From contig JADGBA010000002.1 of the NCBI GenBank assembly GCA_015231685.1, positions 1-31,236 on the forward strand: a stretch of DNA of 31,236 nucleotides, in the 5' to 3' direction. The translations under genes and the position numbers were made by a program. The DNA is from Candidatus Omnitrophota bacterium. GTDB taxonomy: Bacteria; Omnitrophota; Gorgyraeia; 2-02-FULL-51-18; JAGOUK01. Positions 18,861 to 27,994 of this stretch are shown here, in pieces. The notes beneath the pieces were generated by a model, which worked only from the letters and a program-made list of their open reading frames with translations, was not told the origin of the DNA and did not search any database. Each line of letters begins with the position of its first letter. Positions within the stretch are counted from its first letter, which is position 1.

Positions 18861-19951
18861 CCTGCCGAGACCGCCCCCGAATCGCCGGTGTTTCCGATGC
18901 TCCCGATCGTGGCTTCCCGCAAAAAGAGCACCCGTCCCGCGCGATCCATCACACATTCAAAGCCGGCGTTCTGCCCCCGGCGTCCGGACGCAATCGAAAA
19001 AAAACGGAATGTTTCCGGCTCAAATCCCCAGAACTGCTTCAACCCTTCAAACACCGCGGCGTCCTCCTCGGTGAGACCGGCCTTCTCGGCGAGGTCCGAA
19101 AGGCTTCCAAAAGGGCCCGCGGCTTCATCTTCGGATCCCTCCGATTCAAAAAAGGATTCGCGGTAGCTTTCAACACCGGAGGCGATCGATACTGAGATGC
19201 CCAGGCGCCCCAGCGTCGCCGCCCTGACCGCATTAAGATTGGTCTTTCCCGAACCGTACACCGTCAAATCCTCTTTGATCACATCATAAATTTCTGTCGT
19301 CATTCCGGGGACTCTGAGGAGCTCCTCCACGGACCCAAACCCCCACCCCCCCGACGGCGCTTCGAGATCCATTCCGTCCGGTGTATCTTCACGCTCACGC
19401 CACGCGATGGTCGCTTCCGCCAACTCCACAGCCTGATCCTCAAGCAGACGGCCGGCATTCAGATAAAGAGCCTTGAGCACCTCCTCATCCACGGCGTTGA
19501 TATTGATCCTCCGCTCTTCGTTTTCCATCCCGTAAATCCATCGCGGGCCGTCTTCGCCTGAACCTTCCGACCAGTATCCGATCGACAAATACGTTTCGGA
19601 ATCATCAGGTGCAAAATTCCTGAAAAGCTCCGGATGATTTTGATCCAGAGAGCTCCAATCCCATGCCGTTTCATCACCGGTTGAATCCGTCACCATTATC
19701 GCGGGCTCATCATTTGAATCAGCTTCTTCTTCCTCCGCTTTCTGGGCGAAGGCAGCCCGGGCAAAAGATATTCCCCCAAAGGCCGCCTGACGCCCGATAC
19801 GGTCCTGAGCCAGTCGCATGAGAAGGTGTGCCTGCGACCGGGCGCGTACCGAAAGCGCAATGCTCATCATGCCAAAAAAGATCGTCGCCCAAAGCGCCAC
19901 AATCAAAACCGAGCCTCTGCAATTCATAATCCTGCGGACACACCATCTCAT
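18857..19951 (-). CDS. gspK: GspK-like minor pseudopilin
   Basis: RG|SVLIVALW helix without E5, ERRININA, FGSVEELLRVPGMT and TVYGSGKTNLN motifs. The start may be 19927. Confidence 0.85.
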   Translation of the reverse strand: MRWCVRRIMNCRGSVLIVALWATIFFGMMSIALSVRARSQAHLLMRLAQDRIGRQAAFGGISFARAAFAQKAEEEEADSNDEPAIMVTDSTGDETAWDWSSLDQNHPELFRNFAPDDSETYLSIGYWSEGSGEDGPRWIYGMENEERRININAVDEEVLKALYLNAGRLLEDQAVELAEATIAWREREDTPDGMDLEAPSGGWGFGSVEELLRVPGMTTEIYDVIKEDLTVYGSGKTNLNAVRAATLGRLGISVSIASGVESYRESFFESEGSEDEAAGPFGSLSDLAEKAGLTEEDAAVFEGLKQFWGFEPETFRFFSIASGRRGQNAGFECVMDRAGRVLFLREATIGSIGNTGDSGAVSAG

Positions 19952-19960
19952 TTAGTGTTT

Positions 19961-19989
19961 ATTATACAAAAACAAATTATATTTATCAA
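19961..19989 (-). promoter_or_regulatory. Internal sigma70-type promoter directly upstream of gspK
   Basis: TTGATA (19989-19984), 17 bp, TATAAT (19966-19961), 9 nt, then ATG at 19951. Confidence 0.65.
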
Positions 19990-20684
19990 TTTGTAACTTC
20001 GGTCGTGGATTCTTGAGCGGCATTTGACAGGGCTGCCGTCAGGCCGGGATGAGACCGGAAAATCAGGAAGGTTTTTTCGATCAATCCAGTGGTCGAACCG
20101 GATAACTCAGGATCCAAATCAAGGCGGATACGGATGGCCTTGGCCGAACCCTCGCCGTCCTGAAGGTCTCCCGTCGACGGCGACCACGACGCGCTTGAGG
20201 CGGCTCGATAAGAAAATTGGACGCCGCGTATCCCGTCGATCAGTGTCCTGATCTGGCCGGGCGGAAATTCCTCCACAAGCGCGGAGGATTCGGGGTCATA
20301 ATAATACCTGGCTTCAACGAAGCTGTGCCCGCCGCCCGTTGTCATCGTCTGAACCTGGCCGAGCTTGAAATCCTTGAGATCCGAAAGCGACCCCGCGACC
20401 TCCGCCAGCATCGGAACCACAAGCTTATCCGCAGTCCCCTTCATGGGAATCTCGATGGACACCGGTGCCGCCTGAATACGGCGGGCCAGGTGCTCAAGCT
20501 CGATCGCCGCCTTCTCAGAAACGGCGCTCCGCCGTGAGTCCAGAAGTCGATACACATGAGCGCCCCCGACCAGCATCGATCCCAACGCCCCCAGAAGAAT
20601 CCCCGCAATGGCCAGAGCCGTCAAAACTTCAATGAGCGTAAACCCCGAAACCGGGCGAAACTTGTTTTTAAGAGGCTGTCTCAT
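19986..20684 (-). CDS. GspJ-like prepilin (class III signal)
   Basis: G|FTLIEVLTALAIAG; ATG 20684 with GGAGG RBS; position between the I-like and K-like genes. Confidence 0.8.
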   Translation of the reverse strand: MRQPLKNKFRPVSGFTLIEVLTALAIAGILLGALGSMLVGGAHVYRLLDSRRSAVSEKAAIELEHLARRIQAAPVSIEIPMKGTADKLVVPMLAEVAGSLSDLKDFKLGQVQTMTTGGGHSFVEARYYYDPESSALVEEFPPGQIRTLIDGIRGVQFSYRAASSASWSPSTGDLQDGEGSAKAIRIRLDLDPELSGSTTGLIEKTFLIFRSHPGLTAALSNAAQESTTEVTN

Positions 20685-21234
20685 CTGACGCCTCCTCATC
20701 TTCCTTTTCTTCAGGCAATAGCAACGTCAGGCTCACCGTCCGTTCCAAATCATCCACCGCCTCAATCTTCGCCACTTGCATATCTACACCCTTGACCGTG
20801 ACTGGCTCCAATTCCGTACGGATCCGAATCTTTTCCTCACCGAGCTCGGGCGCCCCCGCCCCCGGAAGTCCTTCGTCTGAATCCCCCGCATCCAAAAACT
20901 CCAGCTCCAAATCCACCACCGCCTGCTCAATCACCCCCGCCCGCTCCGCCGCCGCTTCAGAACGACGAATCAGCTCAATCGACCGGCTCATCGAAAGATA
21001 AGTCACCATGAACGTCATCGACACCACCACCACCGCCACCAAGACCTCAATCAGGGTGAAGCCGCTTTTTAACCGGGGCGAGCGGGACGAATGCGCCGTC
21101 TGCGCCGTGCGAGCCCTTCGGCGAGCTGCGGCCATCCGAATGGCGGCGCCCCGCCCAATTGCGAGAAGTCGAGCTATCATTGAGCCGCGCAATTGGGTTC
21201 GCCCGTTTGAAATTCTGCTTTTGTGATGAACCAT
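20668..21234 (-). CDS. GspI/PilV-like prepilin (class III signal)
   Basis: G|FTLIEVLVAVVVV; start uncertain (21234, 21180 or 21135). Confidence 0.75.
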   Translation of the reverse strand: MVHHKSRISNGRTQLRGSMIARLLAIGRGAAIRMAAARRRARTAQTAHSSRSPRLKSGFTLIEVLVAVVVVSMTFMVTYLSMSRSIELIRRSEAAAERAGVIEQAVVDLELEFLDAGDSDEGLPGAGAPELGEEKIRIRTELEPVTVKGVDMQVAKIEAVDDLERTVSLTLLLPEEKEDEEASDETAS

Positions 21235-21256
21235 CGCTCCCTGCCTGCGCACTGAG

Positions 21257-22507
21257 CTATTTCATCCAGCTCATATCGAAGATGGGGAGCATGATCGCGG
21301 AGACGATAAGGCCGACGAGAAGACTTAAGGCCAGGATGAGCAGCGGTTCGATGAGGGAGCTGAGCATCTTGATGCTTCTGAGGCTTTCTGCCGAATAAAA
21401 GTGCGCGACTTCACGCAGGGCTCCGGAGAGATCGCCTCCCTCCTCGCCCACCGCGATCATCTGCGCCACGAAGGGCCCGAAGGACTGTGCGCGCTTGATC
21501 ACCTCGGCCAGCGTTTCTCCTTCGGAGATACGTCGCTGCGCGTCCGCCAGGTCCTTCTCGAGCCGGTCGTTGGACAGCACCGGCCGCGTCACTTCGATGG
21601 CCTGGTGCACCGGAACCGACTGATCCAGAAGCATCGCGAGCGTATCACAGAAACGCGCGATATCCGCCTTCGTCTTCACCTCACCCAGAAGCGGCAAACG
21701 GCTCGACGCCCACTGCCGGCGCGCCTTGCCGGCTTTTCCGCCGAAGGCCGCAAGAAGCCCCACAAGCGCCCCTCCAAAAACCCCCCAAAAAACCGACTGC
21801 CATGAGGGGCGCGCCAGAGCCATGAGCATCTTTGTCACCATGGGCAAGGTCTCGTAAGACTGGTTGAATAGCGACGTTAACTTCGGCAAAACAAAGGTGA
21901 ACATAAAAAATACCGTTCCGATGCCCACCACCACAATCAACATGGGGTAAGCCAGGGCGGAACGGATTTGAGAGCGGGTTTCGTCCTCCCTCTCCAGATG
22001 TTCAGCAAGTGTCTGAAGCACCCGGTCGAGAGAGCCGCCGGATTCACCCGAACGGATCATGCTGATGTAGCGATGATCAAAACTCCCGGCGCCGTGTGCG
22101 GACAGCGAATCGGAAAACGGAGTACCGTTCTTTACATCCTTCGATACGTGCTCCAGAATATGCAAGAGCCGCGGGTCCTGCGCCTGGGACCCGATGAATT
22201 CAAGCGCCCGGAGAATCTGTACCTTGGAACGCATCATGCTGGCCAGCTGACGGGTAAACACGCAGATCGTTCGGAAAGGGATCTTTCCGGAGCGGGGCCG
22301 GGCGGGAACGGATTTGCCCTGACGCGCGGGCTTCCCGCCGCGAGCGCCTTTCTTCGGGCCGGCAGACACAACAGCCTCGGCGACCTCAAGCGGAACGAGC
22401 CCCATGCGCTCGATTTCGCCGAGCGCTTCGACTTGCGTCATCGCCCGGACCACACCTTCCACAACCGCCCCGGGACCCTTCTTGGCCTTGTAAGAGAATT
22501 CTTTCAT
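21257..22507 (-). CDS. gspF: GspF/PilC inner-membrane platform protein
   Basis: FTRQLASMM, GESGGSLD, ALAYP, VGEEGGDL and IEPLLIL motifs; start at ATG 22507. Confidence 0.93.
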   Translation of the reverse strand: MKEFSYKAKKGPGAVVEGVVRAMTQVEALGEIERMGLVPLEVAEAVVSAGPKKGARGGKPARQGKSVPARPRSGKIPFRTICVFTRQLASMMRSKVQILRALEFIGSQAQDPRLLHILEHVSKDVKNGTPFSDSLSAHGAGSFDHRYISMIRSGESGGSLDRVLQTLAEHLEREDETRSQIRSALAYPMLIVVVGIGTVFFMFTFVLPKLTSLFNQSYETLPMVTKMLMALARPSWQSVFWGVFGGALVGLLAAFGGKAGKARRQWASSRLPLLGEVKTKADIARFCDTLAMLLDQSVPVHQAIEVTRPVLSNDRLEKDLADAQRRISEGETLAEVIKRAQSFGPFVAQMIAVGEEGGDLSGALREVAHFYSAESLRSIKMLSSLIEPLLILALSLLVGLIVSAIMLPIFDMSWMK

Positions 22508-22526
22508 CCGCGCCCCCCCGCGCAAG

Positions 22527-24218
22527 TTAAGCGGTTTGAACCACCCGGAGAAGCTCCTCCGGAGTTGTATCGCCCTGGCGGATCTTTTCCCAACCCGACT
22601 GAAACAGTGTCCTCATCCCCGCCGCGCACGCGACCTTCTTGACCTCGCCCGCGCTCGCGCGCCGAATGACAAGCTCGTGAATCTCCGGAGTGAACGGAAG
22701 AATTTCGTAAATCGCCAGACGCCCCTGATACCCTGACTGCCGACACCGGTCACAACCCACGGCACGCTTCACACTTTGGAGCTCAGGCCCGGGAATGGAC
22801 TCCCGGAGAACGGCGGGGAGCCCCGAGGGATCCCACGGCTGGTCCTTGGCGCAATGCGGACAGACCTTTCGGACCAACCGCTGCGCCACCACTCCGAGGA
22901 CCGTCGATGAGACCAGATACGGCTCAATCTGCATATCCAACAGACGTGTCACGGCACCCGCGGCGTCGTTGGTGTGCAAGGTGCTCAAGACCAGGTGTCC
23001 GGTGAGTGACGCCTGGACCGCGATCTCGGCGGTTTCGTGGTCACGCACCTCACCCACCATAATGATATCCGGATCATGCCGCAAAACGCTTCTGAGTACC
23101 TGCGAAAAGGTCAGGCCGGCCTTGGTGTGCACCTGTATCTGTTCGACGAACCGCAATTTGTATTCCACAGGATCCTCGACCGTGATGATCTTGACATTGG
23201 GCTGGTTGAGCCGCGAAAGACACGCATAGAGGGTTGTTGTTTTTCCGCTCCCCGTCGGACCGGTCACAAAAACGAGGCCGTGCGGATGGGCAATCAAATC
23301 CTGCGCGAGCTTCAAGTCCTCCGGACTCATCCCCAGGTGCTCCAGGCTCATCAACATCTCCGTCGGAAGAACGCGGATCACCACGCCCTCGCCATAGGCG
23401 TCGGGAATCACCGAAACACGCAAATCAAACTGGCGGTTCTCGAGTCGTACCCGTGTACCGCCCGACTGCGGAAGACGCCGCTCGACCATATCCAGCCCCG
23501 TCATGATCTTGATGCGCGCGACGATCGCCTTATACAGGTAGCGAATATCATCCGAAACCTTCGCCGGCTGAAGCACGCCGTCCACGCGATAACGAACCAC
23601 GAGTTCCTTGTCGTAGGGTTCAAAGTGCACATCCGTGGCGCGGGTGTGAATGGCTTCCACCAGAATTTGATTGACGAGCTGAACCACCGAGGCGTCTCCC
23701 GCGAGCTTTTCGATATCTTCGACAGGCTCCAGCGTCGTGACGGCAGGATCCCGCTTTTCCTCCTCCTTGGAGAGGATTTTCTCGACCGTTTCCGAGCCCA
23801 CACCGTAATAACGGTGCATCGCCTCGCTGATGTCACCGGAGGTGGAGAGGACCGTGTCGATTTCGGTTTTGAGCTGCATCTTGATGCCGTCCAGGGGCCA
23901 GGTATTCAGCGGATCGGAAATGGCGACGGTCAAAATGTTGTTCTCGTAGCGCACAGGCATGATCTTGTAGTGCCAGACAAATTTGACCGGCATCTTTTCA
24001 ATGGCTTCCCGCGGAATTTCGGCGCTTCGCAGGCGCACATAGGGAATGTTCATCTGACGGGACAGGCATTCGAGAAGCGATTCCTCGGTGATTTTGCCCA
24101 TCTCGATAAGAATTTCGCCGAGATACTTGCCGTTCTGCCGCTGGATCTCCACTGCCGCTTCGATATCTCCGGCGGTGACCAGCCCCGCATCCTGAAGAAT
24201 TTTGCCGATTTTAAGCAC
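22527..24218 (-). CDS. gspE: GspE/PilB assembly ATPase with an MshEN-like N-terminus
   Basis: GPTGSGKTT, TVEDPVE, LRHDPDIIMVGEVRD, GHLVLSTLHTN, Zn-binding CxxC pairs. Confidence 0.95.
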   Translation of the reverse strand: MLKIGKILQDAGLVTAGDIEAAVEIQRQNGKYLGEILIEMGKITEESLLECLSRQMNIPYVRLRSAEIPREAIEKMPVKFVWHYKIMPVRYENNILTVAISDPLNTWPLDGIKMQLKTEIDTVLSTSGDISEAMHRYYGVGSETVEKILSKEEEKRDPAVTTLEPVEDIEKLAGDASVVQLVNQILVEAIHTRATDVHFEPYDKELVVRYRVDGVLQPAKVSDDIRYLYKAIVARIKIMTGLDMVERRLPQSGGTRVRLENRQFDLRVSVIPDAYGEGVVIRVLPTEMLMSLEHLGMSPEDLKLAQDLIAHPHGLVFVTGPTGSGKTTTLYACLSRLNQPNVKIITVEDPVEYKLRFVEQIQVHTKAGLTFSQVLRSVLRHDPDIIMVGEVRDHETAEIAVQASLTGHLVLSTLHTNDAAGAVTRLLDMQIEPYLVSSTVLGVVAQRLVRKVCPHCAKDQPWDPSGLPAVLRESIPGPELQSVKRAVGCDRCRQSGYQGRLAIYEILPFTPEIHELVIRRASAGEVKKVACAAGMRTLFQSGWEKIRQGDTTPEELLRVVQTA

Positions 24219-24221
24219 CCG

Positions 24222-25616
24222 TCAACCTTCCCTTCTGCGTTCTTGAAGCTCGCCGATTAGATATAACTTGTCTTCCGGAACCTGGTCAAACCGGCCATCC
24301 AGGATCATCCGGCAGCCGTTGAGCGTCTGCCCGACCGGCACATAAGCTCCGGGCCGCCCGGTGTGAAGTTCCGCCGTAAAGAACGGCTGGGTCAAAAAGT
24401 TTTGAAGCCGCAGGCCGCGTTCATACAGCAAGCGGTCACTTTTGGAAAGCTCCTCGATGCCGATGACCGATACGATGTGATTGAGCTCCTCGAGGCGCCG
24501 GAGAATCCGGAGCGTCTCCTGCGCGATATCAAAATGCCGTTTTCCGACAATGTCCGGATCCAGGTTCACCGTGGAAGACAACAGCGGATCAATTGCCGGA
24601 TAAAGCCCCTTCTGGACCCGGGCGCGGGAGAGAACAACGATCGAATCGAGATAACTGAAGATCGTCACCACCGCCGGATCCGTCAGATCGTCCGCCGGCA
24701 CATACACCGATTCCACCGCCGTGATCGAGCCGGCGGCCTCCGTTTGAATCCGCTCATGGAATTCACTCATCTCCGAAGAAAGCGTCGGCTGATAACCCGT
24801 CTCAGAGGGAATGTGGCCCATCAGTGTCGAAACTTCCATACCGGCCTGCGCAAACCGGTACACGCTGTCGACGAAGAAGAGAACGTCCTGGTTCTTTTCC
24901 CGGAGGTGTTCGGCCAGCGTGATGCCGGTCAGAATCGCTTCAAATCTCGCTCCGGGAGGCTCATCCATCTGCCCATACACCAGGGCCACACGGTCGAGAA
25001 TGCCGGTGCGCTTCAGCTCATGATAGAGCTCATGCCCCTCACGGATACGCTCTCCCACCCCCGTGAACACGCAGGCGCCGTGGTGCTTGTGCACCACGTT
25101 GTGAATGACCTCCAGCGTCAAGAGCGACTTTCCGAGCGCAGCACCACCCAGAATTCCGTTTTTACTTCCTTTGATCAGCGGAAAAAGGAGATCCACCATC
25201 TTGATCCCCGTCTCAAGAATCTCGAATTTCTGGCGTTCACGCATTTCGGGGTTAAGCAGAAACTTCTTGTCGCGGCGCCGGATGGGCTTCATCTTTTCGG
25301 CCTCAATCGGTCCAAGCCCGTCAATGGGCTGCCCCAGTACGTTCAAGACGCGGCTCAAGACCTTTTCTCCCACCGGCACCTCGATCACTTTTCCGGTCGA
25401 ACGGACCTCTGAACCGCGGACCACATTGATGCTGGTCGCCAGGCTGATGCATCGCACCCGGGTCTGCGAAAGATGCTCCATCACTTCGAGTGTCACCTGG
25501 CGTCCAAAGCGGTCAAGCGCCTCCAGAATCTCATACATTCCGGGAAGGGCTTCCGCTCCGGAGAATTCCACATCAACCACCGGCCCGTTAACTGCCGCAA
25601 TCTTTCCGGTCATCAT
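24222..25616 (-). CDS. atpD: F1-ATPase beta subunit, divergent
   Basis: GVGERIREG (catalytic Glu), VYGQMDEPPGAR, VYVPADDLTDPA, QNFLTQPFFTAE; P-loop GGAALGKS; 464 aa. Confidence 0.93.
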   Translation of the reverse strand: MMTGKIAAVNGPVVDVEFSGAEALPGMYEILEALDRFGRQVTLEVMEHLSQTRVRCISLATSINVVRGSEVRSTGKVIEVPVGEKVLSRVLNVLGQPIDGLGPIEAEKMKPIRRRDKKFLLNPEMRERQKFEILETGIKMVDLLFPLIKGSKNGILGGAALGKSLLTLEVIHNVVHKHHGACVFTGVGERIREGHELYHELKRTGILDRVALVYGQMDEPPGARFEAILTGITLAEHLREKNQDVLFFVDSVYRFAQAGMEVSTLMGHIPSETGYQPTLSSEMSEFHERIQTEAAGSITAVESVYVPADDLTDPAVVTIFSYLDSIVVLSRARVQKGLYPAIDPLLSSTVNLDPDIVGKRHFDIAQETLRILRRLEELNHIVSVIGIEELSKSDRLLYERGLRLQNFLTQPFFTAELHTGRPGAYVPVGQTLNGCRMILDGRFDQVPEDKLYLIGELQERRREG

Positions 25617-26512
25617 TCTTCCTCCTCCCGGGTCCTGAGGCCCTGCGCGTGGCTTGCGAAAACCTCCCGGATCCCGGCATCGATCACTTCGTGGGAGGCC
25701 CTGAAATACCGGCTCAAGGTGCGGCCGCGCTGACGGGAAAGCCGCTCATGTCTCTCGGAGAGTTCAATCGACCGGTTGGCCACCTCAGAAAGCTTGGATT
25801 CCCAAAAAAGCTCATACAATCTCCGGCCAAACCAGAGCGCGATCGTGTAATCCACAATTTTGCGGATATCCGGCTCGATGATGGTGAGGCCGCGCGGCGC
25901 GACCGGCATCTCCCCGAGACTGCCGTCATCGGCTCCTGTGATATCCGCTTCATGAAACGGCAGAACCCGTGACTCTTCCAGGGTCTGGCGGGTGAAGGAC
26001 TGACAGCGGGCATAGATGATGGTCGCGCTCCCGATTTTTTGATTCAGGTACTGGTCCAAAAGAAAGGGTTTGAGCGGACTCACGGCGCTGTAGCCCAGAG
26101 GGAGTCCGATCCCTTCGAATTCCACCGCCGGCACACCGAGCTCTGCCAGCCGCAGGGCCCCGCGGCGGCCCAGCACCACCACCTGCGTCGCCGGATTTTC
26201 ATCATGCCGCCGGGCAGCGCGATCGATGATCTGCGCGTTCAAGTTTCCCGTAAATCCCTCATCCGAAGTCAGCACCACCACCGCCGGATCCTGACAGGGG
26301 TTGCGCACGAACAAACTGTCTTCAAGACGAATTTCGTGATAGAACCTGAAAAAGGTTCGGAGCACCCTCAAAAAGGCCGAGGCCTGCCTGCGCTCGGAGT
26401 CCAGATATTGATACTCCGCGATCGCAATCTGCTTGAGCACATTCAGGGTGTTGAGCAGTTTAAGCTCATCTTTCAGCGTGTCCCTGAGACGTGTGACGGC
26501 CGCCTTACCCAC
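25613..26512 (-). CDS. atpG: F1-ATPase gamma subunit, divergent
   Basis: N-terminal helix, VVVLTSDEGFTGNLN motif, C-terminal helix; lies between alpha and beta; GTG 26512 overlaps the alpha stop; 299 aa. Confidence 0.82.
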   Translation of the reverse strand: MGKAAVTRLRDTLKDELKLLNTLNVLKQIAIAEYQYLDSERRQASAFLRVLRTFFRFYHEIRLEDSLFVRNPCQDPAVVVLTSDEGFTGNLNAQIIDRAARRHDENPATQVVVLGRRGALRLAELGVPAVEFEGIGLPLGYSAVSPLKPFLLDQYLNQKIGSATIIYARCQSFTRQTLEESRVLPFHEADITGADDGSLGEMPVAPRGLTIIEPDIRKIVDYTIALWFGRRLYELFWESKLSEVANRSIELSERHERLSRQRGRTLSRYFRASHEVIDAGIREVFASHAQGLRTREEEE

Positions 26513-27986
26513 TTTCGGACCCCGCCACGGAATCACTGTGTCCGAAATACTCTTCACAAACCGCCCGCAGAGAACCCTCCACTTTGTCCAGGGACGCGGA
26601 CTCCGAAGAAAGTTCCGCGCACAGCGCAGCATGTGAACTTTTGAGGCGATCATAAATCACGCGTTTGAATTCCCGGATTTCCAGAGGATCGAGCCGGTCC
26701 AAAAACCCTTTGCGCAAGGCATAGAGACAGATGATCTCCTCGGCCGGAGACGCAGGTTCATTCTTCCCCTGCTTGAGAATCTCTTCCATGGCGTTGCCGC
26801 GACGAATCCTTTTGGCCGCCTGCGGAGAAACGGTGGACCGCAAGCGGGTCACATTGATGAGCTCCTTATACTGAACATAATCCAGCCGGAGGGTCGAGCT
26901 CAGCTCCTTCAGGAGCGGGCTCTGGATCTTGTTACCGATACGGGAAACAGAAAGGGAAAAATCAATGGCGGGCTTGAAGCCCTCCTGAAAAAGCTCCGAG
27001 CTCATGTAAATCTGACCGTCAGTCATGGAAATCAGATTGGAGGGAATATAGCCGGTGACATCCCCCTGCTGGGTTTCCACGATAGGCAAAAACGTCATCG
27101 ATCCGCCGCCCAGCTCGGGCTTGAGCTGCCCGGCCCGCTCCATGAGTTGCGAATGAATATAAAAGATGTCGCCGGGATAAGCCTCGCGTCCCGGGGTGCG
27201 GTTAAGGATAAGCGCGATCTGCCGATAAATCCAGGCGTGCTTCGTCAAATCGTCAAATACCACCAGCACGTCCCGCCCCTTGCGCATAAAATACTCGCCA
27301 ATCGAAGCCGCTGTGTATGGGGCCAGAAACTGTTCTCCGACGGGCGCGTCAGCCGTTGCGCCGACCACCACCGTATGCGCAGCCGCCCCGCGTTCCGAAA
27401 AAAGCTGTGCCAGCCGCCCCAAAAAATTAAAACTCCGGCCGACACAGCAATAGACGCAGAGAGTTCCCCGATCCTTCTGATTGATAACGGCATCGGTGGC
27501 CAGAGTGGTCTTGCCGGTGACGCGATCACCGATAATCAGCTCTCTCTGCCCCAGCCCAATGGGGATGATGGCGTCCACGCTCGTCGTTCCGGTTCTCAAG
27601 GGGCGTCGGATGGCCGCGCGATCCATAATGCCCGGAGCGGCGCCAAAAACCGGCAACTGTCCGTCGGCGCGGATGCCCCCTTTGCCGTCGAGCGGCTGCG
27701 CCAAACCGTTGACCGCCCGGCCCAAAAACTCGTCTCCGACCGGCAAGAGCAGGCTTTCCTCGCGCGTTTTTACGGTATCACCGGAACGTACGTGCGAAAG
27801 TTCATTAAACGCGAGGATCATTACATCCTTCTCATCGTAACCGATCACCATTCCCCGCAGGTCTCCCGGCAAAAGTACCGGCTGACCGAAGGCGGCTCCC
27901 GGCAGACCCCGCACACGCACAATCATCTTGCGGACTTCGTGAATCGTTCCGGTTTCCTGAATATCAAAGGCGATCTTCGCAGGCAT
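26505..27986 (-). CDS. atpA: F1-ATPase alpha subunit, divergent
   Basis: GQRELIIGDRVTGKT, FDDLTKHA, PGREAYPGDIFY, ISMTDGQI, SVSRIG; ATG 27986 with AGGA upstream; 493 aa. Confidence 0.95.
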   Translation of the reverse strand: MPAKIAFDIQETGTIHEVRKMIVRVRGLPGAAFGQPVLLPGDLRGMVIGYDEKDVMILAFNELSHVRSGDTVKTREESLLLPVGDEFLGRAVNGLAQPLDGKGGIRADGQLPVFGAAPGIMDRAAIRRPLRTGTTSVDAIIPIGLGQRELIIGDRVTGKTTLATDAVINQKDRGTLCVYCCVGRSFNFLGRLAQLFSERGAAAHTVVVGATADAPVGEQFLAPYTAASIGEYFMRKGRDVLVVFDDLTKHAWIYRQIALILNRTPGREAYPGDIFYIHSQLMERAGQLKPELGGGSMTFLPIVETQQGDVTGYIPSNLISMTDGQIYMSSELFQEGFKPAIDFSLSVSRIGNKIQSPLLKELSSTLRLDYVQYKELINVTRLRSTVSPQAAKRIRRGNAMEEILKQGKNEPASPAEEIICLYALRKGFLDRLDPLEIREFKRVIYDRLKSSHAALCAELSSESASLDKVEGSLRAVCEEYFGHSDSVAGSESG

Positions 27987-27994
27987 CGGCAATC

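Noticed and set aside
22513-22519. G7 tract upstream of gspF as a phase-variation switch
   Set aside because: Short run in a GC-rich genome, outside the likely CDS; no evidence of length variation
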